Part shown: piece after piece, positions 11,042 through 20,726 of the stretch | Layout: every line of letters begins with the position of its first letter | How positions within the stretch are numbered: the stretch's first letter is position 1 | DNA from: an uncultured Planctomycetales bacterium | GTDB taxonomy: Bacteria > Omnitrophota > Gorgyraeia > Zapsychrales > Zapsychraceae | Direction of reading: 5' to 3' | NCBI GenBank assembly: GCA_964535935.1 | Contig: CAZHWM010000025.1 | Span: 6,159 to 70,158, forward strand | Length of the DNA: 64,000 nucleotides | Translations under genes and position numbers: made by a program | Notes under the pieces: generated by a model | Told to the model about the DNA's origin: nothing | The model's input: only the letters and a program-made list of their open reading frames with translations | Databases searched by the model: none

Positions 11042-13201
11042 CTATTCTTTGCTATCGTTTACTTTACAATAAGCAAGTGTCACCCCATATAATGACCAAA
11101 TTGGAATTGCTGTATATGGCATCTCAAATATCAGTAAAAAATTGGCTGCAACAAACCATACAACAAATATGGTGCACAATAATATGCCAATATATGAATG
11201 TATCATAACAAAACGTCTAACCATCTTAAAAAACGATATAATAATAAACAAAATAAATCCAACACCTACAATACCCGCCCTATATATCATATTAAGATAA
11301 GAATTATGGACAGCTATCCAACCGTCTCTACTCCATTCCCCTTCTGCCCAATGCAGCGCTTCCAAACTAGGAGATATAAACGGTTTTCCAAAATCTTCTC
11401 CCCATAATATCTTTATTCCCATATGCTTCATATTTTCAATGACATCATGCCATATAAAGAGTCTAAACAAAATATTACCTATCTTATATTTATCTACTTT
11501 TGCCCTTTTCAAATGAGAAACGACATAAGAGTCATGCTTACCAACCTTTTCCTTCATAAAATGGTCTTTTTTCTTAGTAATTTTTTTTATATTTTTTTCA
11601 GACAAATTGGATTTTAAAGAATTATTATTAAGATAAAATTTTACTGATTTCCCCTCCTTACTAATTTTTATCTCTTTATACCTAGAAATAGAGTTGGTAC
11701 TATCCCTATTATTGTCTGCTTTATTTACGATGGAAATATCCCGATAGCTACTAACTGCTGTTTTCCTAACGGTTTTATTAAATTTTTTTTTGTTTGCTAA
11801 TTTAATAAGCTTTCCATTCTTATCTTTCGTTTCTCTTTTTCCTTTTATTTTACGTTTCCCATTAACGCAATTATCACTTCTATAAACAATTTTAACATCA
11901 TTCTGAGCGGGTTTTATTTCTCCCCTCATTCTATGCTCCGTGGATCTCATCTTTTTATTATGCTGTGAGCTTGTAATTATCTTTGACCTTTTCATCCCAG
12001 CATTTGAATGATATATTTTGATATTTTTATTTTTCGTTTTATTAAAAGCTCCCTTCATGGCTGACTTACGCGAAACATTTGGAGTCTCTTCTACATAATG
12101 CACATAATGTTTCTTAGTTTCGTATCTATCTGATTGTTTTAAATTAAATACATATTTATCTCTCAAAAGACTTATGTCCTTTATATATCTCTTATATTCA
12201 GACTCACATCTTAATAAATTCCTCTTAAAAAAAACACAGAATGCATCCCAAAGTTTAGTAATCAACAATGGTGAATGCCTATTTAAAATAACTATATCTG
12301 TCGTTGTCGTAGTGGGATTAAATATATGCACCTTCCTTTTAATATCTACTCTAAATTGAGTATGATTATTAATACGTTCATTTACTACCGACATATTCTC
12401 CTTAAAACCTGTATATATGGCAGAAATATTAAATATAGATTGTAGTCTTGCTCTATTTGGAGTTAAGCTATAACATATAATGGAAATCACTATTACAAAC
12501 AAACAAATAATAACCTTATTCTTAAAACCTATCTTAGACATAAACAACAGACATAACATAAAAAAAACAATAGCCGCCAAATTACCGAGTATAATCATGC
12601 GTGCTGTAGAGAAAAAACTGACATAAGGAGTGGAGATAAAAAGAAGTGATAATATAAAGTATCGTAATATCCTTGAACCAATCGAAACCGCAAGAATAAT
12701 CCCCAATAAAAAAAGAGAAGACCCCCAATGGCTGACATAGTTTAACTTATTCAATGTTATAATAATAAACATGACAAGAAATACGCGTAAATACCATGGG
12801 AGGAATTCCTTCCGAAAGAATATATAACCAAAAAAGATAAAGATAGGGTAGTAAAACATAGCTGCATGGCGCAATGCTAAGGGACCCCATTCTAAATATC
12901 CCAATAAAGCCTTTAATAAAATAAAAGAGGTATAACTTATAACAAAATACCTGTATCTCTTTAATGGCAAAAAATATTTCTTCTCCTTTTTGGCAAAAAC
13001 AAGGCACAAGCAAAAAAATAGTAATATCTCCCCTATAAAAATAGGAAAATTAAGAAAAGATAAGTCAATATGTATTTCGGCAAATATATCTCTGAAAAAA
13101 ACATATAAAAGCGATGTAAGCCCTATGCTGACAAATCCTAAAAAATCAATGAAAATTTCTTTATCTATCTTTCTCATTGTTTTTCCACGCAACATATACA
13201 C
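11042..13201 (-). CDS. O-antigen ligase/polymerase family membrane protein carrying a ~300-aa lysine-rich insertion
   Basis: 719 aa. The N-terminal polytopic part contains FSTARMIILG (counterpart of FSRGAWLG). The C-terminal part has FRLFIWHDVIENMK...WGEDFG...AVHNSYLNMIYRAGIVGVG, collinear with the paralog at 3342-4703. Residues ~250-575 are hydrophilic and K/N/S-rich. Confidence 0.65.
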   Translation of the reverse strand: MYMLRGKTMRKIDKEIFIDFLGFVSIGLTSLLYVFFRDIFAEIHIDLSFLNFPIFIGEILLFFCLCLVFAKKEKKYFLPLKRYRYFVISYTSFILLKALLGYLEWGPLALRHAAMFYYPIFIFFGYIFFRKEFLPWYLRVFLVMFIIITLNKLNYVSHWGSSLFLLGIILAVSIGSRILRYFILSLLFISTPYVSFFSTARMIILGNLAAIVFFMLCLLFMSKIGFKNKVIICLFVIVISIICYSLTPNRARLQSIFNISAIYTGFKENMSVVNERINNHTQFRVDIKRKVHIFNPTTTTTDIVILNRHSPLLITKLWDAFCVFFKRNLLRCESEYKRYIKDISLLRDKYVFNLKQSDRYETKKHYVHYVEETPNVSRKSAMKGAFNKTKNKNIKIYHSNAGMKRSKIITSSQHNKKMRSTEHRMRGEIKPAQNDVKIVYRSDNCVNGKRKIKGKRETKDKNGKLIKLANKKKFNKTVRKTAVSSYRDISIVNKADNNRDSTNSISRYKEIKISKEGKSVKFYLNNNSLKSNLSEKNIKKITKKKDHFMKEKVGKHDSYVVSHLKRAKVDKYKIGNILFRLFIWHDVIENMKHMGIKILWGEDFGKPFISPSLEALHWAEGEWSRDGWIAVHNSYLNMIYRAGIVGVGFILFIIISFFKMVRRFVMIHSYIGILLCTIFVVWFVAANFLLIFEMPYTAIPIWSLYGVTLAYCKVNDSKE

Positions 13202-13218
13202 TTATTATATTAATATAT

Positions 13219-14370
13219 TTAAAAAAATATCCCTCTCTCCAAGTCAAACAAAAACTGTCTACACTCTGCTGATAACTTCCTTCGTGCATTTAATTTTTGG
13301 GAAAAATAATAAATAGACGGCAATTTAATAAGAATATTTTTTCCCATCATACATATTGCATAAATAGATGAAAAAATACTCTTCTTACCGAAAAGGCCTA
13401 TGCAAAAAGAACATAACTCTTTGACCTGATGGATATTTCCTTCTTGAATAAAATAATATATTCTTTTAAGAGATATGGTTCTAAGTTGACGCATATACCA
13501 ATTATGAACAAGGGGGACATCTAACTTAAATTCATTTCGTATATTATCATATATCACATATAATATCTCTACAGCCCTTTTAAATTCATCATCACTTAAT
13601 GAAGAGGCATGATAATTAGCCCTACATAATATAGAAATCTCTTCAGTAGAAATGTCTGCAGAGGATAAATATTTGACATTATCATAAATAATATCTGTCC
13701 ATTCAGAAATATAAGCACCTTCACCAGAAGAAATGCTACTAGAAGCAGAATGCACCCTTATAGCAACCAAAATATCAGATAAAGACACAATCCTTTCTTC
13801 CTTCCTTAAAAGATCAGACCATAATTTATAATCAGCAATTATCTTATACCGTTCGTCATACCCCCCACACGAAACAATAACCTTCTTATGCATTATAGAA
13901 CCAACGTGATTTATAGGAGAATCTAGTAAAGCGCGTAACAGGATATCCTGTCTTGAAGCAGGAGGGATATAGGTTCTAGTCACCTTACCATTTTCATCTA
14001 TCACAACAGCCCCAGCACTTACAACAGCATATTCACAATGATTAGAAACAAAATCCATTTGTTTTTTAAGCCAATCAGGGAAGGCTATATCATCTGCATC
14101 TATACGGGCAATATATTCAGCCGATGCCAATTTAATTCCTATATTCAAAGAAGTTGTCTGGCCCAAATTTTTTTTATTATGATGCAAAACAATTCTTTCA
14201 TCACGAAATGAATTTATTACATCAACAGAATTATCCGTACTACAATCATTAATAATGAGAAGTTCAAAATCACTAAATCTCTGATTCAAGACACTTTCAA
14301 TAGAGGCAGATAAATATTTACCTCCATTATAGACTGTCATTAATACAGTTATCTTCGGGTTATTCTTCAT
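13219..14370 (-). CDS. Family 2 glycosyltransferase
   Basis: 383 aa. KITVLMTVYNGGKYLSASIESVLNQRFSDFELLIINDCSTDNS and RIDADD (DxD). Confidence 0.88.
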   Translation of the reverse strand: MKNNPKITVLMTVYNGGKYLSASIESVLNQRFSDFELLIINDCSTDNSVDVINSFRDERIVLHHNKKNLGQTTSLNIGIKLASAEYIARIDADDIAFPDWLKKQMDFVSNHCEYAVVSAGAVVIDENGKVTRTYIPPASRQDILLRALLDSPINHVGSIMHKKVIVSCGGYDERYKIIADYKLWSDLLRKEERIVSLSDILVAIRVHSASSSISSGEGAYISEWTDIIYDNVKYLSSADISTEEISILCRANYHASSLSDDEFKRAVEILYVIYDNIRNEFKLDVPLVHNWYMRQLRTISLKRIYYFIQEGNIHQVKELCSFCIGLFGKKSIFSSIYAICMMGKNILIKLPSIYYFSQKLNARRKLSAECRQFLFDLERGIFF

Positions 14371-14443
14371 TGCTAAAAATTATAAATAACAATTATTAAC
14401 TATCTCGACATGATAATACTCTCTGGATAAAATAGGTCAATTC

Positions 14444-15385
14444 TTATGTATGCATGATATTTATACCAAGACTCTCCAAAAGACTAATGGTAGCCTCAAT
14501 CTCCATATTAAGGCGAGACTCTCTTGTCAATGTAGCTATGTGAGGAGTAAGAACCACATTATCTAATTCGCATAACGGTCCTCTATACGGCTCATCTAAA
14601 AACACATCCAAACCAGCACCACCAAGCTTTCCTTCTTTCAATGCCTCATAAATAGCGTTCTCATCAAGAAAACACCCACGTGAGGTATTTATTATAACAC
14701 ATCCTTCCTTCATCAGAGCTATCTGTTTTCTACCTAAAACAAACCTATTTCCTCCTGTATATGAAAGATGAATACTGAGTATATCAGATTCCCTTAGAAG
14801 TTCTTCTATGGAAACTATTCTTACATTATGTTCCTTTGCCCAAAAAACATCTGGACAGATATCTGAAGCTATAACCTCACAACCTATTGAATTTAAAATA
14901 CTTGCTACCCTCTTGCCTATCCTTCCCAGGCCTAATATTCCGACCTTTTTACCATAAAGTAATCCTCCTGCCGACTTATGCCATTTACCAGAACGAAGAG
15001 ATACCGTATGAAAAATAAGCCTTCTGAGAAGACAAAAAATCATAGCAATGGTAAGTTCAGCAACCGGCTGAATTACAACATCAGGCGTATTTCTTATAAC
15101 TATACCCTTAGCCCTTGCCGTTTCATAATCAATGTTATCTATTCCAACCCCACATCGACTTATGCACTCCAACTCTGTCAATGCATCTAACACATCCTTA
15201 TCATAAGGCTCAACACCTGCAATAATTCCATGACAACCACTGGCCATCTGAATAAGCTCTTCCTTAACAAGCCGCCTACCAAGATTATTAATAGTATATT
15301 CCACATTCTCTGATGTAAGCATATCCAGTGGCTCACTGCCATATTGGGCAAATGTTGATAATGCAACAAAAACCTTCTTTTTCAT
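14444..15385 (-). CDS. D-isomer-specific 2-hydroxyacid dehydrogenase (phosphoglycerate dehydrogenase-like)
   Basis: GKKVGILGLGRIGKRVA NAD motif, plus INTSRG and LTPHIA. The track ORF starts at GTG 15406 inside a repeat copy. ATG at 15385 (MKKKVFVAL) is the more plausible start. Confidence 0.86.
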   Translation of the reverse strand: MKKKVFVALSTFAQYGSEPLDMLTSENVEYTINNLGRRLVKEELIQMASGCHGIIAGVEPYDKDVLDALTELECISRCGVGIDNIDYETARAKGIVIRNTPDVVIQPVAELTIAMIFCLLRRLIFHTVSLRSGKWHKSAGGLLYGKKVGILGLGRIGKRVASILNSIGCEVIASDICPDVFWAKEHNVRIVSIEELLRESDILSIHLSYTGGNRFVLGRKQIALMKEGCVIINTSRGCFLDENAIYEALKEGKLGGAGLDVFLDEPYRGPLCELDNVVLTPHIATLTRESRLNMEIEATISLLESLGINIMHT

Positions 15386-15397
15386 ATCCAAAAACTC

Positions 15398-15464
15398 ATT
15401 CTGCACAATTTAACCTTGTTGATTTGTGCATTTTTCACTATTTAACAAGGTTAAATTGTGAAAT
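15398..15464. repeat. Palindromic intergenic repeat, copy R1 (right end degraded)
   Basis: attctgcacaatttaaccttgttgatttgtgcatttttcactatttaacaaggttaaattgtg-aaat. Same family as the copies at 17844, 35164, 39503, 43689, 50909 and 60066. Confidence 0.9.
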
Positions 15465-16239
15465 AAGAATTAAGTATCTGTTCATATAATTGTTTTTGTT
15501 TTACATTTTTTTTCAAAATACCTTCAATAATTTCTATATCATCCGGTCTATCAACACCTGCTGTATACTCCTTTGTAATTACAGCTGAAATAGTAAAACC
15601 ATGCTCTAATATCCTCAAAAAATCTATAGATTCTGCCTGCTCCAAAGGAGTAGGAGATAGGCTTGCAAATTTATGCAGAAAGTCTTTTCTAAATGCAGAA
15701 ATCCCTGTCTGACGATAAAACTGACATTTACCTTTAACACGCTGATATGGAATAGCAGCTCTTGAAAAATATAATATATGTTGTTTATTGTCTATAATAG
15801 TTTTTATAATATCAATATCATTAAGATCTGCCTCATTATGAATAACCGAAAGTAGGTTGGCACAATTAATACTATCGTCTTTTAACAAAGGAGCGACCAA
15901 TTCATCGATTATCTCTGGAAAAAATAACGGCTCATCTCCTTGCAGGATCACTATAATATCCGCATCCATCCCACATGCAGCTTCCTCCACTCTATCAGTA
16001 CACCTCTCATGTGTATCAGAAGTCATAACCGCTCTTCCGCCATAAGAAGAAACTGTCTCTATAATAACATTATCACAGCTGGCAACAATTACGTCATCAA
16101 CACAAGAACACAACATAGCTCGTCGCCTAACATGCTCTATCATAGGCAAATCAAGGATCTTCTCCAAGGGTTTACCCGGGAACCTGGAAGATCCCATTCG
16201 AGCAGGTATGACAGCTACTATTTTCTTATTTCTATTCAT
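15451..16239 (-). CDS. CMP-ulosonic acid synthase family cytidylyltransferase (KdsB-like)
   Basis: KIVAVIPARMGSSRFPGKPL..I...PMIEHV, VIVILQGDEP and FYRQTGISAF are KdsB/CTP_transf_3 signatures. ATG 16239 forms an ATGA overlap with the stop of the upstream SDR. The last codons and the stop lie in repeat R1. Confidence 0.85.
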   Translation of the reverse strand: MNRNKKIVAVIPARMGSSRFPGKPLEKILDLPMIEHVRRRAMLCSCVDDVIVASCDNVIIETVSSYGGRAVMTSDTHERCTDRVEEAACGMDADIIVILQGDEPLFFPEIIDELVAPLLKDDSINCANLLSVIHNEADLNDIDIIKTIIDNKQHILYFSRAAIPYQRVKGKCQFYRQTGISAFRKDFLHKFASLSPTPLEQAESIDFLRILEHGFTISAVITKEYTAGVDRPDDIEIIEGILKKNVKQKQLYEQILNSYFTI

Positions 16240-17003
16240 TGTGGTAAGACTCCGCAATCAACATTTATAGATTGACCTGTTATAGCAGAGGCCTTCTCAG
16301 AAGATAAAAACAGACAAACCTCAGCCACCTCTTCAGCAAGTGGAAGCCTCTGTAATGCAGACTGGCTTTTTGCAAACTTCTTCAAATATTTCATAACATC
16401 CATACCTGCTGCAGGTGATACCTTTTCTTTTAAGGCAGCAATAACCCCTTTGGTTTCCACATACACAGGACACACTGCATTGACACGAATCCCGTCATGA
16501 CCTAACTCCTTTGCCAATGCCTGTGTTAAACCAACTATACCAAATTTCGAGGCACAATATACAGAATTATTAGCACTTCCTCTTTTCCCTGCCAAACTAG
16601 AAATATTTATTATACATCCGCCTCTTTTTAAGTATCTTGCGGCTATCTTACATCCCCAAAAAGTTCCCTTGAGGTTCGTGTCTATCATCTCATCCCAAAA
16701 AGAGTCTGTCACATCTACTATAGGCATCCATTTTGAAAACCCTGCACAATTTACATAAATATCCAGCCGTCCTGTTTGCTTCAATGCACGTTCCGCCAAA
16801 CGGATATGCCCTGACTCACGGCGTACATCCATCTTTACAAAATACACTCCCTTACCTAATTCATTAGCTAAACCACTATCATTTCTAGAGCCAACAAAAA
16901 CATTCATATCGTTGTCATAAAATTTTTTTGCTATAGCAGCACCTATACCTTTAGTGCCACCAGTTATAACTACTGTTTTTTTACTTTCATTCACAACAAC
17001 CAC
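16236..17003 (-). CDS. Short-chain dehydrogenase/reductase (FabG-like)
   Basis: 255 aa. Has TGGTKGIG and a YCASK catalytic Y-x3-K. Confidence 0.88.
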   Translation of the reverse strand: MVVVNESKKTVVITGGTKGIGAAIAKKFYDNDMNVFVGSRNDSGLANELGKGVYFVKMDVRRESGHIRLAERALKQTGRLDIYVNCAGFSKWMPIVDVTDSFWDEMIDTNLKGTFWGCKIAARYLKRGGCIINISSLAGKRGSANNSVYCASKFGIVGLTQALAKELGHDGIRVNAVCPVYVETKGVIAALKEKVSPAAGMDVMKYLKKFAKSQSALQRLPLAEEVAEVCLFLSSEKASAITGQSINVDCGVLPQ

Positions 17004-17046
17004 CTCTTATTCTAAAAATTATATTATTTATTTTTAAGGCTCCACT

Positions 17047-17829
17047 CTATATCGTCATACATGAAAAACCCCCATCTACTGTTATCTCAGCTCCAGTAAC
17101 AAAACTAGCCGCATCTGAACAAAGCCATATAACCGCACCTATAAGCTCTTCTGGCCTACCATACCTTCTCATAGCAGTATGAGATAAAATTGCATCCTGT
17201 CTAGGTTTATCAATAAAATGCTTCATACTCCATTTTGTAGGGAAAAATCCTGGCCTTAAGGCATTAACCCGCACATTAAAAGGTGCCCATTCCCGTGCAA
17301 GATTCTGAGTCAAATTTTTAACCCCTGCCTTGGCAACAGAATAGCTGAATGCCTTAGACAAGGGAGGGCCTGCAGACGCAGATGACATATTAATAATAGC
17401 ACCTCTTTTTCTCTTTAACATATGAGAGCCAAAAACCTGACAACCTAACAAAGTAGCTGTTACATGAGAATCGATTATTGCATGCCATTCATCCAGAGTA
17501 ATATCTAACACAGGAGTAGGGGCATTAATCCCAGCACCATTTATCAAAATATCCACCCGATTAAAACATGACAATGTTTCTTTCAAAGCCTTCTCATGAT
17601 CACCTTTTTTAGTCGCATCTGCAACAACACTTAATACCTCTGCCCCCAAACGATGTATCTTCTTTTCCATCCGCTTTAACCCCTCCTTATTCTTATCCAT
17701 CAAAACCACACGTGCCCCTGCCTTTGCCAGTCCGACTGCCATATGCCCACACAAATAACCAGCAGAACCTACTACCACAGCAACCTTTTTCTCAACACTA
17801 AATAATTTAGACAAATAATCTCCTACCAT
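17047..17829 (-). CDS. Short-chain dehydrogenase/reductase
   Basis: 260 aa. SDR fold with NGAG, SSAS and YSVAK (Y-x3-K) motifs. Confidence 0.86.
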   Translation of the reverse strand: MVGDYLSKLFSVEKKVAVVVGSAGYLCGHMAVGLAKAGARVVLMDKNKEGLKRMEKKIHRLGAEVLSVVADATKKGDHEKALKETLSCFNRVDILINGAGINAPTPVLDITLDEWHAIIDSHVTATLLGCQVFGSHMLKRKRGAIINMSSASAGPPLSKAFSYSVAKAGVKNLTQNLAREWAPFNVRVNALRPGFFPTKWSMKHFIDKPRQDAILSHTAMRRYGRPEELIGAVIWLCSDAASFVTGAEITVDGGFSCMTI

Positions 17830-17843
17830 CTAATCCCCCTTCT

Positions 17844-17912
17844 ATTCTGCACTATTTAACCTTGTTGATTTGTGCATTTTTCACTATTTAACAAGGTTGA
17901 ATTGTGCAGAAT
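17844..17912. repeat. Palindromic intergenic repeat, copy R2
   Basis: 69 bp: attctgcactatttaaccttgttgatttgtgcatttttcactatttaacaaggttgaattgtgcagaat. TA dinucleotides sit at both junctions. Confidence 0.95.
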
Positions 17913-18536
17913 AAAACTTTTTATCTCAAAAAAGTCTCTAAAAATTGAGAAATCAACTATTCCAAAATCCTTGCCACTAAAACGACCCATAAAGTGGACT
18001 CCTGTCTGCATTGCTGATTTATAATCCTCAGGGCTATCTCCAATAAACACTGCCTGATCACTCCCTATACCCTCTCTTTTTAATATATCTCTTATTGCAT
18101 CTGGCTTCTTCCATGGAACTGGATACACATCTTTAAAGTATCCACTTAAGCCTCTTTCTTTTATAATTTTATCCAATTCATCTTTAGGATTTACAGAAAC
18201 CACATAAATAGGAACCCTTTTATAAAAATAATCAAGAAACTCTACACTGCCAGCCACAGAAGGACAATTAATAATATCATCCACAACTAACTGGGAATAC
18301 CTTTCACTTAAATCTTGTTCTATTTCTTCCGTGTAGTCAATACCTAATATATTCTCAAATATATATTTAAACTTCTCAAATCTGATTACTGCATTATGTG
18401 AGAGATGGTACTGCATAATTTCTTCTACATGCTCTGGATAGTCAGAAAAAATCTCCTTAAATGCCCTATCCTTAATACCTACTGATTCCACTAACACTCC
18501 ATCAAAATCTAATATAATTGTGCCAATACCCTTCAT
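17856..18536 (-). CDS. HAD-superfamily phosphatase
   Basis: 226 aa. TIILDFDGVLVES is HAD motif I (DxDGV) and FIGDSPEDY is motif IV. The last ~19 codons (LHNSTLLNSEKCTNQQG) and the stop are encoded by repeat R2. Confidence 0.8.
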   Translation of the reverse strand: MKGIGTIILDFDGVLVESVGIKDRAFKEIFSDYPEHVEEIMQYHLSHNAVIRFEKFKYIFENILGIDYTEEIEQDLSERYSQLVVDDIINCPSVAGSVEFLDYFYKRVPIYVVSVNPKDELDKIIKERGLSGYFKDVYPVPWKKPDAIRDILKREGIGSDQAVFIGDSPEDYKSAMQTGVHFMGRFSGKDFGIVDFSIFRDFFEIKSFILHNSTLLNSEKCTNQQG

Positions 18537-19333
18537 ACACCCCTCTCTCTCTTCCGTTTATGTATTAAATCATCCATAGCCTCTGACCATTTCCATAATA
18601 TAAATATATCTGAGGCAAGTACTACAAAATTAAACCCCTGATTGAATGCATTATCTATACTCTTACTATCAGGGACGACTATCTGCGTCCCACAAGATAC
18701 CTTTTTCTGAAGGCATATATCAAGAACATACCTACATGCATCTATAACCTTACTGTGGTTCAATTGTCCAGGGATGCCTAACGAACCTGAAAGATCATAT
18801 GGGCCAATCATAATCCCATCGACATTAGGACTTGAGACAATCTTTTCAATATTATCTACTGCATCTATGGTCTCAATCTGTGCGATAAGTATACACACTT
18901 TATTCCACTGCTGGGTATATTCCTCGAAATCAAATCCATACCCATGTGCCCTTGCAACACCATAACTACGGCTGCCTTCAGGAGGATATTTCATCCATGA
19001 AGAAATCTCATCAATCTGTTCTCTAGAAGAAATCATAGGGACAATCAACCCATCCGCTCCTGAATCTAATAACCTCTTTACTATCTCCATATCATGAGTA
19101 GGTATCCTTGGCAGACATAATCTACCCATTGCCTGAGCAGCAGCTATAATCCTCTGAGATTGTTCCTGATTTATAGTGCTGTGTTCTATATCAATACCTA
19201 TAAAATCGAAAGAGGCCTTGCAAAAAATCTCTGTTATGGAAGGATGGTAAAGGGATGTCCAAGCGGCAAATATGTCTTCCTTGTTTAAAAATCTCCTTTT
19301 CAGCAAGGCACGGCTCTTTAACAATTCCTTCAT
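18533..19333 (-). CDS. HpcH/HpaI family class II pyruvate aldolase
   Basis: 266 aa. FIGIDIEHS, LDSGADGLIVPMISS, YPPEGSRSYG, AQIETIDAV and MIGPYDLSGSLG are collinear with HpaI/HpcH aldolases. Confidence 0.82.
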   Translation of the reverse strand: MKELLKSRALLKRRFLNKEDIFAAWTSLYHPSITEIFCKASFDFIGIDIEHSTINQEQSQRIIAAAQAMGRLCLPRIPTHDMEIVKRLLDSGADGLIVPMISSREQIDEISSWMKYPPEGSRSYGVARAHGYGFDFEEYTQQWNKVCILIAQIETIDAVDNIEKIVSSPNVDGIMIGPYDLSGSLGIPGQLNHSKVIDACRYVLDICLQKKVSCGTQIVVPDSKSIDNAFNQGFNFVVLASDIFILWKWSEAMDDLIHKRKRERGV

Positions 19334-20016
19334 GAGGCACTCTCTCCCTTGGCTGCATCATCCAAAAACATCTTAACAGTCTCTTTAGAATAAGGGTGAA
19401 CTATCATCAACTCTATAAATTTAGGGACAACGGTCACAATATGGGCCCCTGCATTTAACCATTCAACAACATTCAAAACCTCCCGTGTTGATCCAACAAT
19501 AATCTTTGCCTTTAAATCGAATTCATCCAGTAGAGCTCTTATCTTCATAATCTCATCAACTGCATTATATCCCATATTATTAACCCTGCCGCCAAATATC
19601 GAGACATAACTTGCCCCTGCGAGTGCAGCAAGCAGACATTGTTGGGCACTCATCATTGCAGTAACATTGACACGAACATCATGCTTGGTCTCTAATTCAT
19701 GAACGACTTCTAAATTATGTAGTTCTCCTTGGGGACCATGTATGGTAATCTTAACATTGATGTTATCTGCCCAGCTTGCCATCTCTCTTGCCTGCTTTAA
19801 CATCTGTTGTTTTTCATTAGTCGTAACCTCCACTGATAATGGAAGCGGACTAATAAGCTTGGCAATCTCTATGGTAGATTTCTTTATCTCTTTCATGCCT
19901 CCCTTGATACCTGATTTGAGCAAAATAGTAGGATTAGTAGTCACCCCTCGTATAATCCCCATATGCAGATATTTTCTAACTTCTTCAATATCACCTGTAT
20001 CTAAAAAAATAGCCAT
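19330..20016 (-). CDS. Transaldolase family protein, fructose-6-phosphate aldolase/TalC subtype
   Basis: 228 aa. MAIFLDTGDIEEV....GVTTNPTIL, the NVKIT Schiff-base Lys context, and VSIFGGRV. Confidence 0.88.
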   Translation of the reverse strand: MAIFLDTGDIEEVRKYLHMGIIRGVTTNPTILLKSGIKGGMKEIKKSTIEIAKLISPLPLSVEVTTNEKQQMLKQAREMASWADNINVKITIHGPQGELHNLEVVHELETKHDVRVNVTAMMSAQQCLLAALAGASYVSIFGGRVNNMGYNAVDEIMKIRALLDEFDLKAKIIVGSTREVLNVVEWLNAGAHIVTVVPKFIELMIVHPYSKETVKMFLDDAAKGESAS

Positions 20017-20104
20017 CTCTTCCTCCTGAATTTATGCTATAAATTATATTGTTAACTAAGTCTAACTACCTGCTGAACAATAGCAAAACATTCTACCTCA
20101 ATAT

Positions 20105-20716
20105 TTACTCACTACCATCTTCAGAAACAGACTCCCATTTATTCTTCATCTGCATAATCCTAAAATCAGATATTATCAGATGCCAGATAACTGCCTGAAA
20201 AGACTCTGCATGCGGAGTAATAGTATCATCTGCCACAGTAGGGACTATTACACATGCATCTGCAACCTTTGCTGTATATCCTCCATCTCTACCTACTATT
20301 CCCAAAATCCTTGCTCTCTGCTGTTTTGCATACTCAAGAGCATATACGAGATTAGCACTAATATTCTTCTCTTTATTACCCCCCCCTACAGAAAAGATAA
20401 ACACCCCGTCTCTATCACACAGTTTAGACTGCTTTAGCCACTCAACAAATACCGTATGCCATCCCTCATCATTTGTACGTGCAGTGAGTTCTGCCACATT
20501 ATCCACTGGAGTATATGCCTCAAATCCTCCTATCTTACGAAAATCATTAACAGCATGAGAACAATTGGCTGCACTTCCTCCAACACCTAAGAAAAAGATC
20601 CTTCCACCTTCATTTCGAACATCTATCAGCAAATAAATCATCTTCTCTATCTGAGATTTATCTATTTTTTCTATAATACTTACCGTTTCTTTCAAATAAC
20701 GCTCAACATAAGACAT
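20105..20716 (-). CDS. SIS-domain sugar-phosphate isomerase (GmhA/phosphoheptose isomerase-like)
   Basis: 203 aa. GGRIFFLGVGGSAANCSHAVNDF, and size and architecture like GmhA. Confidence 0.78.
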   Translation of the reverse strand: MSYVERYLKETVSIIEKIDKSQIEKMIYLLIDVRNEGGRIFFLGVGGSAANCSHAVNDFRKIGGFEAYTPVDNVAELTARTNDEGWHTVFVEWLKQSKLCDRDGVFIFSVGGGNKEKNISANLVYALEYAKQQRARILGIVGRDGGYTAKVADACVIVPTVADDTITPHAESFQAVIWHLIISDFRIMQMKNKWESVSEDGSE

Positions 20717-20726
20717 ATAAGGCTCC

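Noticed and set aside
11477-12454. Lysine-rich segment of the 719-aa ORF as a separate gene or as a frameshift/assembly artefact joining two genes
   Set aside because: A single uninterrupted frame runs through it. The sequences on both sides align to the two halves of one Wzy_C-type domain in the paralog at 3342-4703. It is kept as an insertion, flagged for verification.
20017-20104. Weak inverted repeat (ttgttaac...gctgaacaa) in the spacer upstream of the FSA/transaldolase-family gene (19330-20016) as a regulatory site or terminator
   Set aside because: The arms are short and imperfect, with no T-tract. It cannot be distinguished from chance in AT-rich sequence.
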